Below are positions 25,349 to 38,321 of a stretch of DNA of 64,000 nt, in pieces. The notes below the pieces were generated by a model. The model saw only the letters and a list, made by a program, of their open reading frames with translations, did no database searches and had not been told where the DNA came from. Made by a program: the position numbers and the translations under genes. This DNA comes from Cyanophora paradoxa CCMP329 (taxonomy: Eukaryota; Plantae; Glaucophyta): assembly GCA_004431415.1 (NCBI GenBank), contig QPMI01000225.1, forward strand, positions 62,001-126,000, in the 5' to 3' direction. The stretch's first letter is position 1. Each line of letters begins with the position of its first letter.

Positions 25349-28047
25349 CTACTCGAAAGTGGAGAGAGACGCGTCGAGCTCCCTGAACTGCTCGTGGAAG
25401 ACCTGGCCGGGATGCTTAGTTGGGGGGGGGGGGGGGGGGGGAAAGTGGGGCAGGGGCAGGGTGGTGGGGGGAGGGGGGTGGGGGGTGGGTTGCGGAACCT
25501 TCAGGAGCGCTATCATGTGGTCCACGTCATCTGTCCCGCAGACCTCGCGAACGCTGCCCGTCCGGCGTGAGGACGAGCGCGCGGGGTGCGAGGCGCAGCT
25601 AATCACTGATTCGAGGTAGGGCGGGAGGTCTGGGCGCGATGCAAGTTTGCGGGGCACCTGTGCATGGAGAGCTGCCCGTTGCCGATGTCGACGGTGCGCA
25701 CGCCGCAGTTCGTCGCGATGATCGGCCCGATCGTCGACCCGCACGGCATGTCGTTCCGCACCACGAAGTCCTGCCCCGAGGCCCCGCCGTGTGGGCGGGG
25801 CGGCACGCTCTCCACAGAATGTAGTGGCTGGGGGTACCTGGATCGGGATATTGTTGCGCTGCGCGAGGGTACGGATGATGAACGAGGAGACCGAGTTTGT
25901 CGCGTAGCGCTGCGGGGGCGGGCGTTAGCCGAGACGCGGGCGGGGCGGCGGGGGCGGGTCGGGGCGGGGGCGGGTGCCGTAGCGCGCCTGGTTGCCGTTG
26001 GTCTTGATGACGGGCCCGCGGTGGAGGAGCGGCCTGTGCTTGTCCTCGTGCTTGTCCGCGTAGTTCGGGTGGCACGCGTGCGCGTTGTCCGCTGCGAGGC
26101 GCAAAGCGAGGGTCATGACGGGCGGGCGGGAGGCTGCGCTGCGCGGGCGGGCGGGCGGGGGCGGGGGAGGAGGACCGGAGACGAGGAAGGAGCGGCGGCA
26201 GACGCGCTCGAAGACATCGGCCTGGGCGAGCGGGCTCGAGGAGTCGCCTAGGGTGAGCGCGAGGCGCCGGAGCGTCTCCTGGAGCAGCGAGCTCCCGGCC
26301 CCGTGCGTCGAGCAGGAGCCGACCTCCTCGTGGTCGAAGAGCGCGATCAGGCGCACGTCCTCGTCCTCCGGCACCGTCGGCAGCGTCTCCACGAAGCTCT
26401 CCAGCGCGCAGAAGCACGAGAGCAGGTTGTCGATGCGCGCCGAAAAGATGAACTCGCGGAAGACGCCTCCGATGACCGCCGGCTGCGTGTCGCACACCGA
26501 CAGTTCAAAGTCCATGATGTCCGCCGCTGCGGGCCGGCGGGGCGGGTCGGCCGGGGCGGGAGGGGGGGCGCGGCGGCGCAGGGGGCGGCGCGGAGGGCGG
26601 CGCGGGGGGCCGGCGGGAGGGCGGTGTAACGCACGCTCGCACTTGAGCTCGTCGGCGAGGAGCCGGAGCAGCGCGGGATGGTGCCGCGACTCGTCCGCGT
26701 CCTTCTCCAGCTGCCTGCGGCGGCGCTCGGCGCTGCCCCGGGCCGGCGCCAGCGCGCACGGGCGGACGCGGCGTACCCCTTGATCGCCGTGGAGAGGATA
26801 GGCAGGAGGTGCGTCTGCTTGTTCACCTGCGGGGGGCGTGAGAGGCGCGCCGCCGGCGGCGGCAGCAGCTGAAGAGAGAGACAGACCTTAAAGCCCTCGT
26901 TGACCTCGCGGTCAAGGTGGATCGCAAGCGACGAGATGCGCATGATCGGACGCTCGATGTGCACCAGCCTACCGGCAGCCGGTCGGCAGGGCGTAGGGCG
27001 CTGCGCGGGCGCGGGCACACCTGTGCTCAAAGCGGTCCGGTCCGCCTTCCGGGGTGCGGGTGCTGACGATAACGCGGCCGGCGACGGTGAGATCGCTGCG
27101 AGCACGGTCAAAAAAGAGGAGAAAGGAAGGAACAGGAAGAGCGCACCGGTCGAACCAGGTGTACCAGAGGCCGCCGCCGTACGTCTCAACGCCGACCTGC
27201 ATGTAGCCGTTCTTCGATACCGCCGAAATGGGCTTGACCTGCGGGCGCGTGGTCGTCGGGCCGCCATGAGCGCGTGCGGAGGGGGCGTTGAGCTACCTTG
27301 AGGTTCGGACTGTCGGTGTGCGCGGCGACCATCTTCACGCCGTTGCCCGGCTTCTGCAAAGGGACACGCAGCTTAGGGAGCGCGTGGCCAGCTCGCACTC
27401 GCGCGCACATATTTGCCGCCAACTGTGAAGGCGCAGATGGTGCTCTGATTGCGTGTGAAGAAGTAGCGGCCGCCGGGCTGCAGATTCCAGTGGTCCGCCT
27501 CCGAAATGGGCTCGAAACCGTTCTCGAGCAATCTCCTGCGGCACAGGTCTGCGCCCGATCGTGTCACGGCCAAGCGGTGATTCGCGCAAGGGAGACAGGA
27601 CGAATCGCACCGACGGCGTGGAAGGGAGAGGGACAAGCGTTGACGAAGTTCACGAAATCGACGGCTCGCTGCGGGTCGGCGTCCCGCTGCACGTCCCAAT
27701 CAATCAAAGTCACGAGTCCGCGGGAGGAGCGGCACGCGCGAGCGCACGACAGGTTTGGGTGCCGGCGGGGCCGTCGGCGTGTCCAGCGGCGTGCTGGGGG
27801 CCGGGGCCGGCTCGCTAGAGTTGAAAAGTCGGAAGGCGCCCCTTTGCGGCGGCGCTCGCCTCGCCGCTGCTCCGGATAACTCAGGGACGGCTTCGCCGAA
27901 GAAATGGCGCCGATGTGCAGTAAGCTGCGAGCGCGCCGCCCGTGGAGCGCAGCATGCTCGTGCCTGGCGCAACGCTGATCTGAAGATCGGCGCGCTGATT
28001 CGGCCAGTCACGTTGATGATAGAAGAGGCAAACGCCGCAGGCTCCAT
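25349..28047 (-). CDS. DNPEP: Aspartyl aminopeptidase (peptidase M18) with N-terminal extension
   Basis: [67 protein letters not shown] and [10 protein letters not shown]. Confidence 0.95.
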
Positions 28048-28266
28048 CCCTGCAGAGACCACGGCGCTCCTTTTTTTCACGAGCCTGGGTACGGCAGGCT
28101 ATTTTTCTTTTGCGCCTCGCACTACGGACAGGCGAGGCTTGGAGGAGTTAGCAGCGCATTGTCAAGGACTCAGCGCATCGCCGCTGGTCGCGCGTCGGGA
28201 CAGCACCCGCCGCCGCCCACGGCGCCGCCGGAAGCGGCACAGTTGTTAAAGACAGGCGGGCCTGGT

Positions 28267-31074
28267 ATGGCCAGGCAACCAACGCCTGGTCATGGCGACG
28301 AGCACGGCGGGCAGCTCGACCCCATTCGCTCCTCGCCGACTGGGCCCGTCGGCAAATGCGGAGTGTGCACGAAGAAGAAGAGCATGCGCGAGCTTTCTTC
28401 ATTGGATTCCGGAATTGGTAAGCAAGCACCGTGGCGCTCTGCGATTGCACTGCCGCTGATTATGAACCCTTCAGAGCAAAATCTTAGGCGTCGCTGGGGC
28501 GCGCTGTACAAGTCGCGAGGCTCGAAGATCTGCACTGTCTGCAAGGCCGACATCTGCGCGTGGGCCGTGTCTGCGAAGGCGAACGTGCGCGAAGCTTCCA
28601 ATCGCGAGCGTCTTCGGTGCTGCTGCACCGTCATCCGCTTATTCACGCCTGCTCGCAGTCCCCATTCAAAGATGTTAACGAGCGGGCGCGAGCGGGTCAA
28701 GCGCGGCGCGAACGGGACAAGCGCTTCGCCAATACAATCGATGAAGACCTGGAAACCTTTAGAAACGGCCTAGACATCGGGTCTCCCCCGGTGCGCAGCC
28801 TGCTTTCTTTCCTTGTAATTGTAGCTAACGAGTGCGCCTCTGGAAGAACCCGGAGGCGCTTCCGGAGGCGCACGACCGGAGGCGGCGTGAGCCGGCACCC
28901 TCGCAGCCGGCCCAAGTGCGGCTGCCTGAAGGTGCGCCGAACTTCGCGACAGCAGTATCGCCTTCACGAGTTCCAGAGCCACACGGCGTGGAGGGGCCGC
29001 GAATTTTCACTCATCCCCGCCGCGCAGATGTGCGGAGCTGGAGCCAGGAGGATGTCGCCGCCTTCTTGAACAACCTGCGGTTGACGCAGTACCGCGACAA
29101 GTTCGCGGAGCAGGCCATCGACGGAGATCTTCTCCTGGAGATCCGGTTCGCTCGGCCGGCTCGCTGCGCCGCTCCCGGTCCGCCGGCTGACACAGACCGG
29201 CCGCTCGCTCGCAGGGAGAAGCACTTAAAGGAGGAGTTCCAAATACGGGACAGCTTCCACGTAAAGAAGCTCGTGAAGGCGATCGAGAACCTGCGGGACA
29301 AGTGCCCGCCCGCGCCGCCACCGGCGAACGGGCAGATCTTCAGGTTCGACGAGGACCACGACGTCGTCCAACGCCCGACGGACCGGCCCACGGACAAGCT
29401 AATCGGCGCGAACGCGATGTGGTGCGCCGGGCCGCTTCTCTCCTCGTCTTTCTCCGAGCGGGGGCCGACGCGGGGGCGCCGCAGGAAGATAAACTTCAAG
29501 GAGATCGCGCTGGGTGAGCGCATCGGCAGCGGGAGCTTCGGGGAGGTGCGGGTGGGGACGTGGAAGGGCCTCGAGGTCGCCGTCCCCACCCGCACCTCCC
29601 CGAAGCTCCCGCTGCCTGGTCCTTAAGCCACACGCCTGGTCCTCAGGTCGCCGTCAAGATCCTTAAAGACCAGGATCTCAACGAGGAGATGACGAACACG
29701 TTCAGCTCCGAGGTCTCCTTGATGCGCAAGCTCAGCCACCCCAATGTCGTCCAGCTCCTCGGCGCCTGCTGCGAGCCGCCCAACCTCGCCATCGGTGCGC
29801 CGCCTCCGCTCTGCTCTGCCGCGCTCCGCTCCGGGCCGGCCCGCTGAGCTTCGGCCGGAACGCGCAGTGACGCCGCTGCACCGGAAGGGATCCCTCTTCC
29901 GCGTGCTGCACCGCGTGCGCATCGACCTCTCGTGGCACAGGCGGGTCTGCATGGCCATTGACGGTAACTCTTGCTTGCTCCCCCCTTCTCCCCTCTTTTC
30001 CTTTCCGTGCGGTCTGACGCGCCGCTCCCCGCGCCGGCAGTCGCCCTCGGGATGACCTACCTGCATTCCATGCGCGTCTGCCACCGCGACCTCAAGTCGG
30101 CGAACTGCCTCGTGGACGTGCGCCTTTCCTCTCTCCTCTCTCTGTTCTTCCCCCCGCCCACCCGCCCGCCCGCCCGCCGGCCCACGCCGCGCCGCCTCCG
30201 CAGAAGCACAACGCGGTGCGCGTGGGGGACTTCGGCTTCTCTCGCGTCAAGACAACCACCATGGACAAGTTCCAGACGCAGGCCGGTGCGCCGCCAGCGA
30301 GGATCGGAACAGTTGGAGGGGGCGGGCCCTCTGACCTCGCGCGACCCACGCAGGCACTTACGCGTACATGGCGCCGGAGGTGCTGAGGAACGAGCCCTAC
30401 AACGAGTCGGCCGACGTCTTCAGGTAAAGCTTGCTTATCAGCCTTGTCCCTTGGCAGCGAAGTAACCAAAAGAAAACAGCTTCGGCGTGGTGCTATGGGA
30501 ACTGCTAAAACGGGAGGAGCCCTTCCACTGTGCGGCCCGCCCGCCCCCCGCCCGCGCGCCCAGGTCGGCGGCGGTCCCCCGTCCTCCCCTCACGGGCGCC
30601 CCTGCAGGGATGTCGCCCTACGCGATCCCCTTCTTCATCTCCTCGGGAAACCGGCTGCCGGTGCCGGACGAGAACCCCGAGCAGCTCGCGGCCTTCGGCT
30701 CCTACCGCGAGCTGCTGCTCTCGTGCTGGCACGAGGAGCCCGCGGCGCGCCCCTCCTTCGAGGTCATCCTCGAGCGCCTCAAGCAGATCGCCTCGGAGAT
30801 CAAGCGCGCCGCCGCGGCCGCCGCCGGGGGGCCCCCTTCCCCGGCCGCCGCCGCCGCCATCCCCGCCCAGCACCCGGCCGTCGCCCACGGGCGCACGCCC
30901 TCCTCGGCCGCCCTCAACGGCCTGCAGCCGGCCATCCCCGGCGCCGGCTTCGAGTTCCCCGCCCCGCCCGCCGACGCCCCGGCCGCGGCAGCGGCGGCGC
31001 TCGCGCCCCACGCCAACGGGGCCAACGGGGCCCGGAGCGTGCGGGCGGCGCCTCAGGAGGGCGGGGCGGGGTGA
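28267..31074 (+). CDS. Tyrosine-kinase-like (Raf-like) kinase with a SAM domain and N-terminal CxxC/CxxC pairs
   Basis: SAM: WSQEDVAAFL..LTQYRDKFAEQAIDGDLLL. Kinase: GSGSFG, VAVK, HRDLKSAN, DFG, GTYAYMAPE, DVFSFGVVLWE. N-terminal CGVC...CTVC. Confidence 0.93.
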
Positions 31075-31595
31075 GCGCGGCCGCCCCGCGCGATCGACAG
31101 GCCGTTCGTCTTTCGCCTTTCGCTTTCGGCGGTTTGGATCTGTTTCGGCACAGCTTGGGCCTCGGCGGCAGCATGCCAGGCCGCGGTGGCACGCACCAGG
31201 CGGCCCCGCGAAATACAACAGTCAGGGCGGCGCGCCCGCCGCCCCTCGGGCGGCGGTGCGTGCCGCCGGTGGCGCTCCGCGGCGGCGGACAGGGCCCGGG
31301 CGGGGCCGCGAGCTCCGCGGCTAGCCGCCCGCAGGCCCCCTGCCTCCCCCGCGGCGCGCGTGTGCTCCACTGAGTCCATCCAATTTTGCGTCACATCACT
31401 CTCTCCCGCTCTATATCCACCTCCCTTGGAGTCCTTGTCGTTGTTCTTTAGGTTCTGGTTACTATTCTTTGCAGACAGCTCTTTCAAATTAAATGTTTCA
31501 TCAGTACGAGGATGCACTCACTACGCGCAATACTTTACGCAAAGAACGAAACATATAGAGCGACAGGAAAAAGCGGCGCCGAGGGCTAGACCTTT

Positions 31596-34063
31596 CTAGA
31601 GGTTGTAGGACCTGCGGAGCTGCAGGGGCTGCGCCTGCGGCTGCAGGAGCTTGGACTTGTTCGCGGCGTCGCCCTCCTTCTCCTTCTCCCGCAGCTTCGC
31701 GGCGGCGGCGGCGGCGGCGTTCTCCTTGTCGGCGCCGCGGGCGGAGACGGGCTCCATGGAGCTCGTGCGGTGCAGGGCGAAGGGCCACTCGCGGTGCGGC
31801 ACGGCGACGCTCTCCGGGGGGGCCCCCGCCGGCCCCGGGCCCCTCTCCATCTGCTTCACCTGCGCCCCCGTCAGAAGGAGCCGCCCCGGCGGGAGGGCGG
31901 AGGGAGGCGGGAAGGGCGCTCGCCCGGGCGCGGACGGCGCTGGTGGGGCGCGAGGGCCGCGGCGGGGCGGGGACCTCGATCTCGCGGGGCAGCGGCGGGG
32001 GCGGCGAGGCGCTGCGGGAGCCCGGAAGGGAGCGCGCGGTGGAGGGGCCCGAGGAGGCGACCAGGCCCGCCTGCGGGGCACGCTCGCCCCCCAAGCGAAC
32101 GGCGCGGGGGAGGGGCGCACGGAGAGGGCGATCTCGAAGAGGGGCAGGTGGACGCTGCTCAGGCGCTGGCTGAGGGAGCGGTTCTCGGCCTCGAGGGCGA
32201 CGACGCGGGCGCGGAGCAGGTCGAGCTCCGAGGCCGCCGCCGCCTCCGCCTCCTCCGCCACCTCCAGCAGCGAGCGCCGCATCTCCCGGCAGTCCGCCGC
32301 CAGCGCGTCCACCTTGCGCACGCAGCGAGCTCGGCGCGGGGCGAGGGGGTTGCGGGGCTGGGGGGCGGGCCACCTGGGCGCGGATGTCGCCGGCGGGGGC
32401 GGCGTCCTTGAGGGGCGAGGCGGAGGGCGAGGGGGCCTGCATGGAGACCTGCGCCGGCGTCGGCGGGGGCGGCGCGGGGCGCCCGGGGGGCACAGGCGGA
32501 CGTCGCGGGTCTCGGCGGCCCCGCGGCCGCTCTGCCCGCCAGCCGCCGCGAGCGCCGCGTCCGAGCTGACGTTGAGGCTGTCGATCTGCACCCGCAGCTC
32601 CTCTGCGGGGGACCGTCCGCCGCGCAGAGGCGGAGCGAGGGGCCGGCCCCGCGCACCGATCTTCCGGTCGCTGGCGGCGAGCTTCTCCTTGAGCTCGCGG
32701 AGCTGGCGGGCCTGGGAGGCCTCCTTGCCAGGCGAGGCGGCGGCGGGGGCGGCGGCGAGGGCGGCGGCGGCGGAGAGGCGGGCCCTGAGGAGCTCGGCCT
32801 CGCGCCGCGCGGCGTCGCGCTCCTCCTCGAGCGCCCCGCACGCCTCCGCCAGCTCCTGTACGACTGTCTGCACGTAACCCAGCGAGCGCAGCAGCCGCCC
32901 CGGCGACGGCGTCCGCTCCGCCCCGGCCGGGCTCAGCTCCAGCAGGAGGGCCGGCGGCGCCGCCGCCGGCGTGCTCTCGCAGCCGGCCACGGCGCCGGGG
33001 AGGGGTCGGCCCGGGCTGACGCAGATGGGGCAGGGCTCGCCGGGGGGCGGGGGCGAGGCGGAGCAGTAGGAGCAGGAGGGGGAGGGGGGAGGGGGCGCCC
33101 CCGAGCGCGCGCTGGGCGAGAGGAGCACGTGCGTCGTCTGCGCGCTGCTGGCGCTGCCGGGCGGCCCCGCGGAGAGGGGCGAGCTCGCCCGGATCGAGTC
33201 GACCAGCTCCGAGAGGCGCGCGATGGCGGCCTGGGCCCGCGCGGCGCTCGAGCCCGGCCGCGGGGGCGTGCGCGGCGCCTGCTCGCCCCCGGTCGCGCTC
33301 TCCCCCGCGCGCTTGGAGAGCTCCTCGTTCTCCTGCACGACGACCTGCGCGGCGGTGGGCGGGAGCCGGGCGCGGCGGGGCGCGGCGCCGAGGCGGACGG
33401 CGAGGGCGTCCTTGGCGGCGTCGGCCTGGTCGCGCTGCTGCCTCAGCGCGGCCTGCAGCTGCGCCTGCGCCTCCTCCAGCTGCGTGATGCGCTGCGTGAG
33501 CTCCGCGTTGTGGTCCGCCAGCCGGTTGCGCGAGGTCCGCAGGTCGCTCCACATCTGGAAGAGCGCCAGCATCTCGCTCGATTGCTCGCTGGCGCGGCGA
33601 AGCCCGCGCGGTCAGGAGAAGGCGGCAGGGACGCGCGATGGGCGTGCATACCTCCGCGCCTCGTCCAGCTGCTCGCCGACCTGGGTCTGCTGGTTGTCCC
33701 GCAGGCAAGTGCGCGGCGTGAAGAGCACGCGCGACAGGGACTGGCCCCTCTTCGACTTCCTGCAGAGATCTGCAGCGTTCGGCGGTCACGCCTCTGCGAG
33801 GGAGCGAGCGGGGGCGAACGAGGCTCGCCCTGATAGGTCTCATGCAGCACGAGAAGAATATCCTCGCGGGAGATGAGCCGCAGGATTTTCAGAGCGAAGT
33901 CCGCGTCGTCGGGGTGGTTGACCTGCGCCCGCCGGCGCGCGGTCAGCTGCGGCGCGCCATCCAAGTGCGGCAGCACATGCAGACGCACCCAGCTCATGTT
34001 CGGGACGCGCATGTTGGGCCGGAGGCGCGAGCGGCGGTCGCTCGCTGCTGCCGATTCTGTCAT
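31596..34063 (-). CDS. Uncharacterised coiled-coil protein
   Basis: In-frame splicing from ATG 34063 (..VPNMSW-VNHPDDADFALKIL..-DLCRKSKRGQSLSRVLFTPRTCLRDNQ..) into the 658-aa ORF, which has heptad-rich segments. Confidence 0.7.
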
Positions 34064-35153
34064 CGGGCGCACACGCTATGGCTTTGCAACGCTAGCTGAT
34101 TTGTGTACTATTCGGACGCGCTGGCGCTGGGCGCGGCTTGCGAAAACTGATGAGCACCCGTTGTGGTTTGAACCCGATTGAGCATTGTACCCGTCAGCTA
34201 GTTGCGGCTAGCGTCGGCTTGCCTTGCTTTCTCGCGACGAGCTCCGCGAGGCAGGTGAGCAGGGCGCTCGGGGTTCGCGATCTCGCATCTAGGTGCCGCG
34301 TTTGGCCGGTTTCCATGCTGACGTTCGGTCCGAGGCATCCGACCGCCGCCAACCGCCGTAGCAAGGCAAGCGGGCGCGCGGAGGCGTTGGGGTGCGTGAT
34401 CCTGCACCTTGGTGTTGTGTTTGGCCGATCAGGGCGCAGTTCAAAAGGAGATCTAGATTCGTGCTGAACGCCGTGCGTGGGACCCGAGCGTTCCGCGGCA
34501 GATCCACCGTAGGAAAGAGCTATAGAAGGCCACGAAAGCGCTAAAAAGCGTCCGGTGCGCTTTCTCGCCCCGGCCCCCTGTGTCAAAACCGGCCGCGGCC
34601 GCGGCCGGCCCGGCCCGCGCGGCCGCGCGGCCGCGGCCAACGTTAACCCGACCGTGTACATTTTCAGTGCACGTGGCGCGCAAGCTTAAGCCAGCTAGCG
34701 TGCTCCGGAGTTCGGATCCAAGCTCGAGCATCCGGGCCCGCGTCTAGATCTGCATGCGCAGCTGCATGTACATGTACATATGCATGTGCATGCATGTGAT
34801 CATGAGCTTGCAATTGCCCGCCGCTAGCTGTAGCGGACCAGCATCTCCGAATATGCATACAGCTGCAGCCAGAGGCCGCTTGCACGACATGTACAGCTGC
34901 AGCCCGTCGCCATTTGCATTCAAGGCCTAGATCGATGTCTAGATCCGCAGTTGCAGCTGCAGCTTGCTGCACAGATATGCCGCGTTGGCCACGCGCTCGG
35001 CCACTGAGGCCGCACGCGTATACGTAATCTCCGCTGATCATGACAAGCGTGCATGCGGTACGCGTACACATACGTATACATGCAACCGGACGCTGGCTAA
35101 TCATTTGAATTTTAACGGTTTACGCGCATCAAAATAACAGCTGGCAGAGTGCC

Positions 35154-35224
35154 CTCTGCGAACATGTACGTGTTACGCGGTTTAGCGGTTTACGCGCACC
35201 AGTAACACGTACATGTTCGCAGAG
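35154..35224. repeat. Perfect 23-bp inverted repeat with a 25-nt spacer
   Basis: CTCTGCGAACATGTACGTGTTAC (35154-35176) pairs with GTAACACGTACATGTTCGCAGAG (35202-35224). Confidence 0.95.
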
Positions 35225-35434
35225 TGCATGATCAACGTTAACGCCGCCGTGCTCCAGCGCTACCCCCCCTTCTCATGCGCTACCCCCCGAGGAAGCTCCC
35301 GAGAAAATGACAAATCTTGAGGTATCTTATCTCTGGATATGCTAGAGATACGTATACGAGCGCGCCGTTAAAGCAGACGACGCGTTTCTCAGCGAATTCG
35401 CACACGACTGCGGCCAACGCGCAACTCTTCTGGA

Positions 35435-38230
35435 ATGATCACCAGATTATCTTTCCTCCTGCAGCTGGTTGCAGCTGCATTACTGGTCATGACATCGACA
35501 ATCTTTGTCATTTTTATTGCATTTTGTGCTGCCGCTTCGGAGCCATTGTCACAGGTGCGTGTACATGTACAAGCATTTTACATGTACATGAACGTGCAAG
35601 TAGCATAAACATATGCATCTTGCTCGATGGATACTCACAGGCCAGCCAGCGCAGGAACTTGAGGCCCCCGAAGAACTTCCTTCTCTCAGTGGAATCGGCG
35701 CCAATGTCAACTCCGAGTCTGCTTCAAATTTACTCAACTCCAGCTTGCAATTGGTTACGGGCAGCAATGAAACTTGTTCTGTTGCTCGGATGAAACTCGC
35801 ACATGGCAGATATCGTTGGTTGCTGGCCAATCCCAGCAGGATTCCTCGGGGGGTCAGCTGCAGTCTTCTATCTGCTCAATAAATATTATAGAACAATTGC
35901 AAGTTCAAGACAATCTGCTGAATGTCTCTTTTGACTCGCAGCTGTCGCATATGTGGCCTCGTTTCTTCGGTGGATCGATCCCGAAAGTCGAAACGGAATT
36001 TCTTCTGTCCGATTCTTTTGCATATCGTGGGGATGTCGGTCCTTTGTTCGATGTCCTGACTGATTCTGCTCGAGCAAGTCTACTCAGACGCCTTTTCATC
36101 AGAATACCGTGCGTGCCTTTGTCTAGATCTGCTTTAACGTCGACGTCCAGCAACAGTAACATTTTGTGTCTGTGTACATATGCATAGGAGGACGTCTGAC
36201 TCCGTCATTATTTTGGAAACCCGCATCCCGTCTGTGAAATTGCCCCCGCCGCATGAGCTTCCCTCGCGGTGGAGCGCGCTTGTATCTCTTCTCGACCGCT
36301 TGGATCCGCATGAAGACCACGAGTCCATTTTCGTTCTGCCACCTTCACTCTTGCTGCTTTCCAGTTGGGTGGCTGCCATGGAGAACTTCACCGTCGATTC
36401 ATCTGACACATTCGGTTATAAGACCCGGACATGGCCGAGCAGGCTCCAGCCTTACGCAGACTTCGTCGGCAGCTCCATCCAAGTGGTCAGCATATCTGAT
36501 CAGGGCCATGTGGTCGCATCGGCAGCCATCAATCCGAGACCAGCTGCAGCTGCAGCTCGCAAACGGAGCTCCACCGATACGCCCACGCACGACCTCGTTT
36601 TCCTTCTGGACTACCCCGACGTGTCTAAATCTGGGTTCTGCACAAAGCTGTTGCAAGGCGGCGCTCAATGTTCTCGTCGCCGCATTGAGGTCCTTATCCC
36701 CCGACCTGGCGCGCATCTGGATGAATTTGCTACGTCTCTTTTATCGCCTCTGTTCGCGTACTCGGTCCGGACCTGATATTCGAATATCTCTACATCTATT
36801 TCATGCTCAAGCAATCGTTATACAGTGATCATTGGCTGACTCTCTCAATGCTTCGAACTTTCTTTTGCGCAGGATGAAATTTCTAAGCAGGCACACCTGT
36901 ATGCAACAGCGTCAGCAACCGCCCTAGCGAGCCACATGTACACAAACAGCTCGAGCGCCAATCGTCAAGCCGACCTTGATCTCGACATCGATGATTATGA
37001 CTACGTATACGTCGCCTGCAACCTGAACGCTCTTTGGGTGATGAGTTGTTCGATTCCTAATTCACAAGCTTGTTTTACTGACGTGATCACGCTTTTGATC
37101 GCATGTGCATGACCCTCGCGATCGGAATCGTGTGCAGAGGTCTATGCAATTGAAGACCACGTCTAGGGACCTCAAGGTCGCCTTGCAGTTGGAGTTCCTG
37201 CCGATCGACTCGGAGCCGAACGGCACTCCCCTTTCCTCGATAACAGCTGCGAAACAGGCCGAAGAGATTAAGAAGAGATTTATTCGCGTGCCGTGAGTGT
37301 TTTTGATTTTGGCCTGTTAACGTTTGAATTAATCCTTCAGCTTCTGAAGCTGAGATTAATCACAGGGAACATGTTGGCTTAAAAGGCGAACTCTTTGTTG
37401 ATTGCGAGGAAACCTCGAAATCCTCTCTGGCCATGGGCTGTACCTGGCCCCTGCTACTGCCACCGCACATCTTCTCTGCGCAACTCTGGATCGCTCATAC
37501 ATCGTTCTTCCGGGACATGAACGCTTTCGTGCTCTCAAACTGGTTACAGACAATGGCGACGACTCTGTGCGTTTCAATACAGCCGATAATCATCAAGGCG
37601 GACGGCAAGGTGCACAAAGAGCTGAGCTCGAGCTGCTCATGATCGGGTTCATGATGATCATAAACGATGAGCTGCTCATCTTCTTGATCAGGTTATTGCT
37701 CAAAAAGTGGTCGACAGCACGGACGTCGGTGTCTCCGGATCCAGAACCGAGGAGCCGCGACCGCTGGTATTCATCCTGGCCTACGCGAGCATCGGATCCA
37801 GATCTCTAGCTAGTCGGGTATCGCTGGAGCTACTAGTCCCTCGAGCGTCTCCGAAGTCGCACATCGTCGTCGATCCTCATCTCGAGATGGATGGTCATAA
37901 TCATGATTATAATTTCCTTTTCCCCCTCCACCCCGATTTCGACGACCTTCCACTCGAATCCGACTTCGCGTACCCTGTTCGTACCCTAGGCCTCCCTCAG
38001 GTCCTGATCCGTAATAGCGTGGATTTATAACTTCAGATACGCATACGTGCAGGTTAACGTTGACGTTGTGGATCAGGGAACAGATGTTTTATCTATGGCT
38101 CGTAAATCAGATTTCATGATTGTAATTTTCAGTCTGGCTGCTCTATGCTGCGTATACTTATTCGTCAACGTCAATGGTGCTCGTTATTGCTCGGACTTTG
38201 AACTTTCAAAATCGCTCCGATTGCTTTGAA
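35435..38230 (+). CDS. Uncharacterised spliced gene with an N-terminal signal/anchor (possible type II membrane protein), lower GC than its neighbours
   Basis: MITRLSFLLQLVAAALLVMTSTIFVIFIAFCAAA followed by several open exons bounded by GT-AG introns. The 3' end and any link to the RING gene are unresolved. Confidence 0.45.
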
Positions 38231-38321
38231 ATGAATTTGCGCAGTCTCGTGCGCAGACAACTCGACACCCGCCTATTCCACTGATCATGATAATCTGGAT
38301 CATGATCATCCGAGAGCGCAC

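Noticed and set aside
31501-33843. Long overlapping or antisense ORFs here and at 54134-58818
   Set aside because: Stop codons are rare at this GC content, and the translations are Arg/Pro/Gly low-complexity shadows of real spliced genes.
34660-34820. Polylinker-like run as vector contamination
   Set aside because: The same texture recurs in most intergenic regions and varies between paralogous repeats, and no vector genes are present.
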